Assembly (NCBI GenBank): GCA_050273025.1
Contig: CP158635.1
Span: forward strand, 558,001-622,000
Length of the DNA: 64,000 nucleotides
Reading direction: 5' to 3'
DNA from: Cenococcum geophilum
Taxonomy: Eukaryota
How positions within the stretch are numbered: position 1 is the stretch's first letter; each line of letters begins with the position of its first letter. The notes below the pieces were generated by a model. The model saw nothing but the letters and a program-made list of their open reading frames with translations. It was not told the DNA's origin and searched no databases. This document shows positions 63,456 through 64,000 of the stretch, piece by piece. Both the position numbers and the translations under genes were made by a program.

Positions 63456-64000
63456 TACCCCTAATACCAAAACTATAAAATAGGAGCTAGTTTTGCTACT
63501 ACCTTTTAGCCTAATCTCCCTAGAAATCTTCTAGTAGGATTAGAAAGGAAAAAGGGTATAAGGATAGTAAAAACTAGGGAACTCCCCTATAAGATGCCGA
63601 AGCCTAATAGGTATAAAAAAAACAACCTCCTATAGAAATAAGTAATAATAAGTCTATATTTACTTTTTCTGCCCCTTCTCCTTCTCCTAGCCTATTTGGG
63701 ACAGGAGAAAAAAGAGGATATCCTTAGTCTTCTGCTAAAAAAGAAAACCAAAAACCTGCAAAAAAGATAATAAAACTTATAACTTTTACGGCTGGTATAC
63801 CTAGTATATCCTTCCCTTTCCTTTCTCTAGAATAACACCTATAAAAGGCCTTAGAAAGCCTAATCCAGGCCTATAAAAAGCCAGAAGAAGAAGAAGAAAA
63901 AAAAAGAATAAGTTAATAGCTAAAGGTCTATACACGTAGTCTCCTAGTAGGAAAAAAAATCCCTTTATAAAAGGAAAAGAAAAGATAAAAGAAGTCCTAA

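Overview
Filamentous-ascomycete genomic DNA at the edge of an AT-rich, RIP-mutated transposon block. Bases 1-1735 hold the 3' part of an intact spliced gene (ubiquitin-like x2 + conserved uncharacterised domain + RING-HC finger). From about 2.4 kb to the end, nearly everything is nested transposons inactivated by RIP (C>T/G>A, TpA excess, CAA/CAG/TGG turned into stops). In order: a full Ty1/Copia (2398-7725), a Crypton tyrosine-recombinase element, a pogo/Fot1 fragment, a complete hAT (13526-16632), and an old Gypsy-like element whose LTR is split by a very large TIR element (17179-50380, 2-bp TSD, about 19.6 kb net of nested inserts). The TIR element encodes a Plavaka-type (CACTA/CMC-like) transposase plus a five-CCHC-knuckle / UPF1-like SF1 helicase gene, and is the most notable object here. 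Nested inside it are a three-LTR tandem of a gag-only LTR element, a MITE and a young small LTR element. To the right are a chromovirus with an antisense Zn2Cys6-like ORF and a 1.07-kb A-tailed SINE-like insertion, then a Tc1/mariner element. Protein calls come from manual translation and mental reversal of RIP; no database searches were run.
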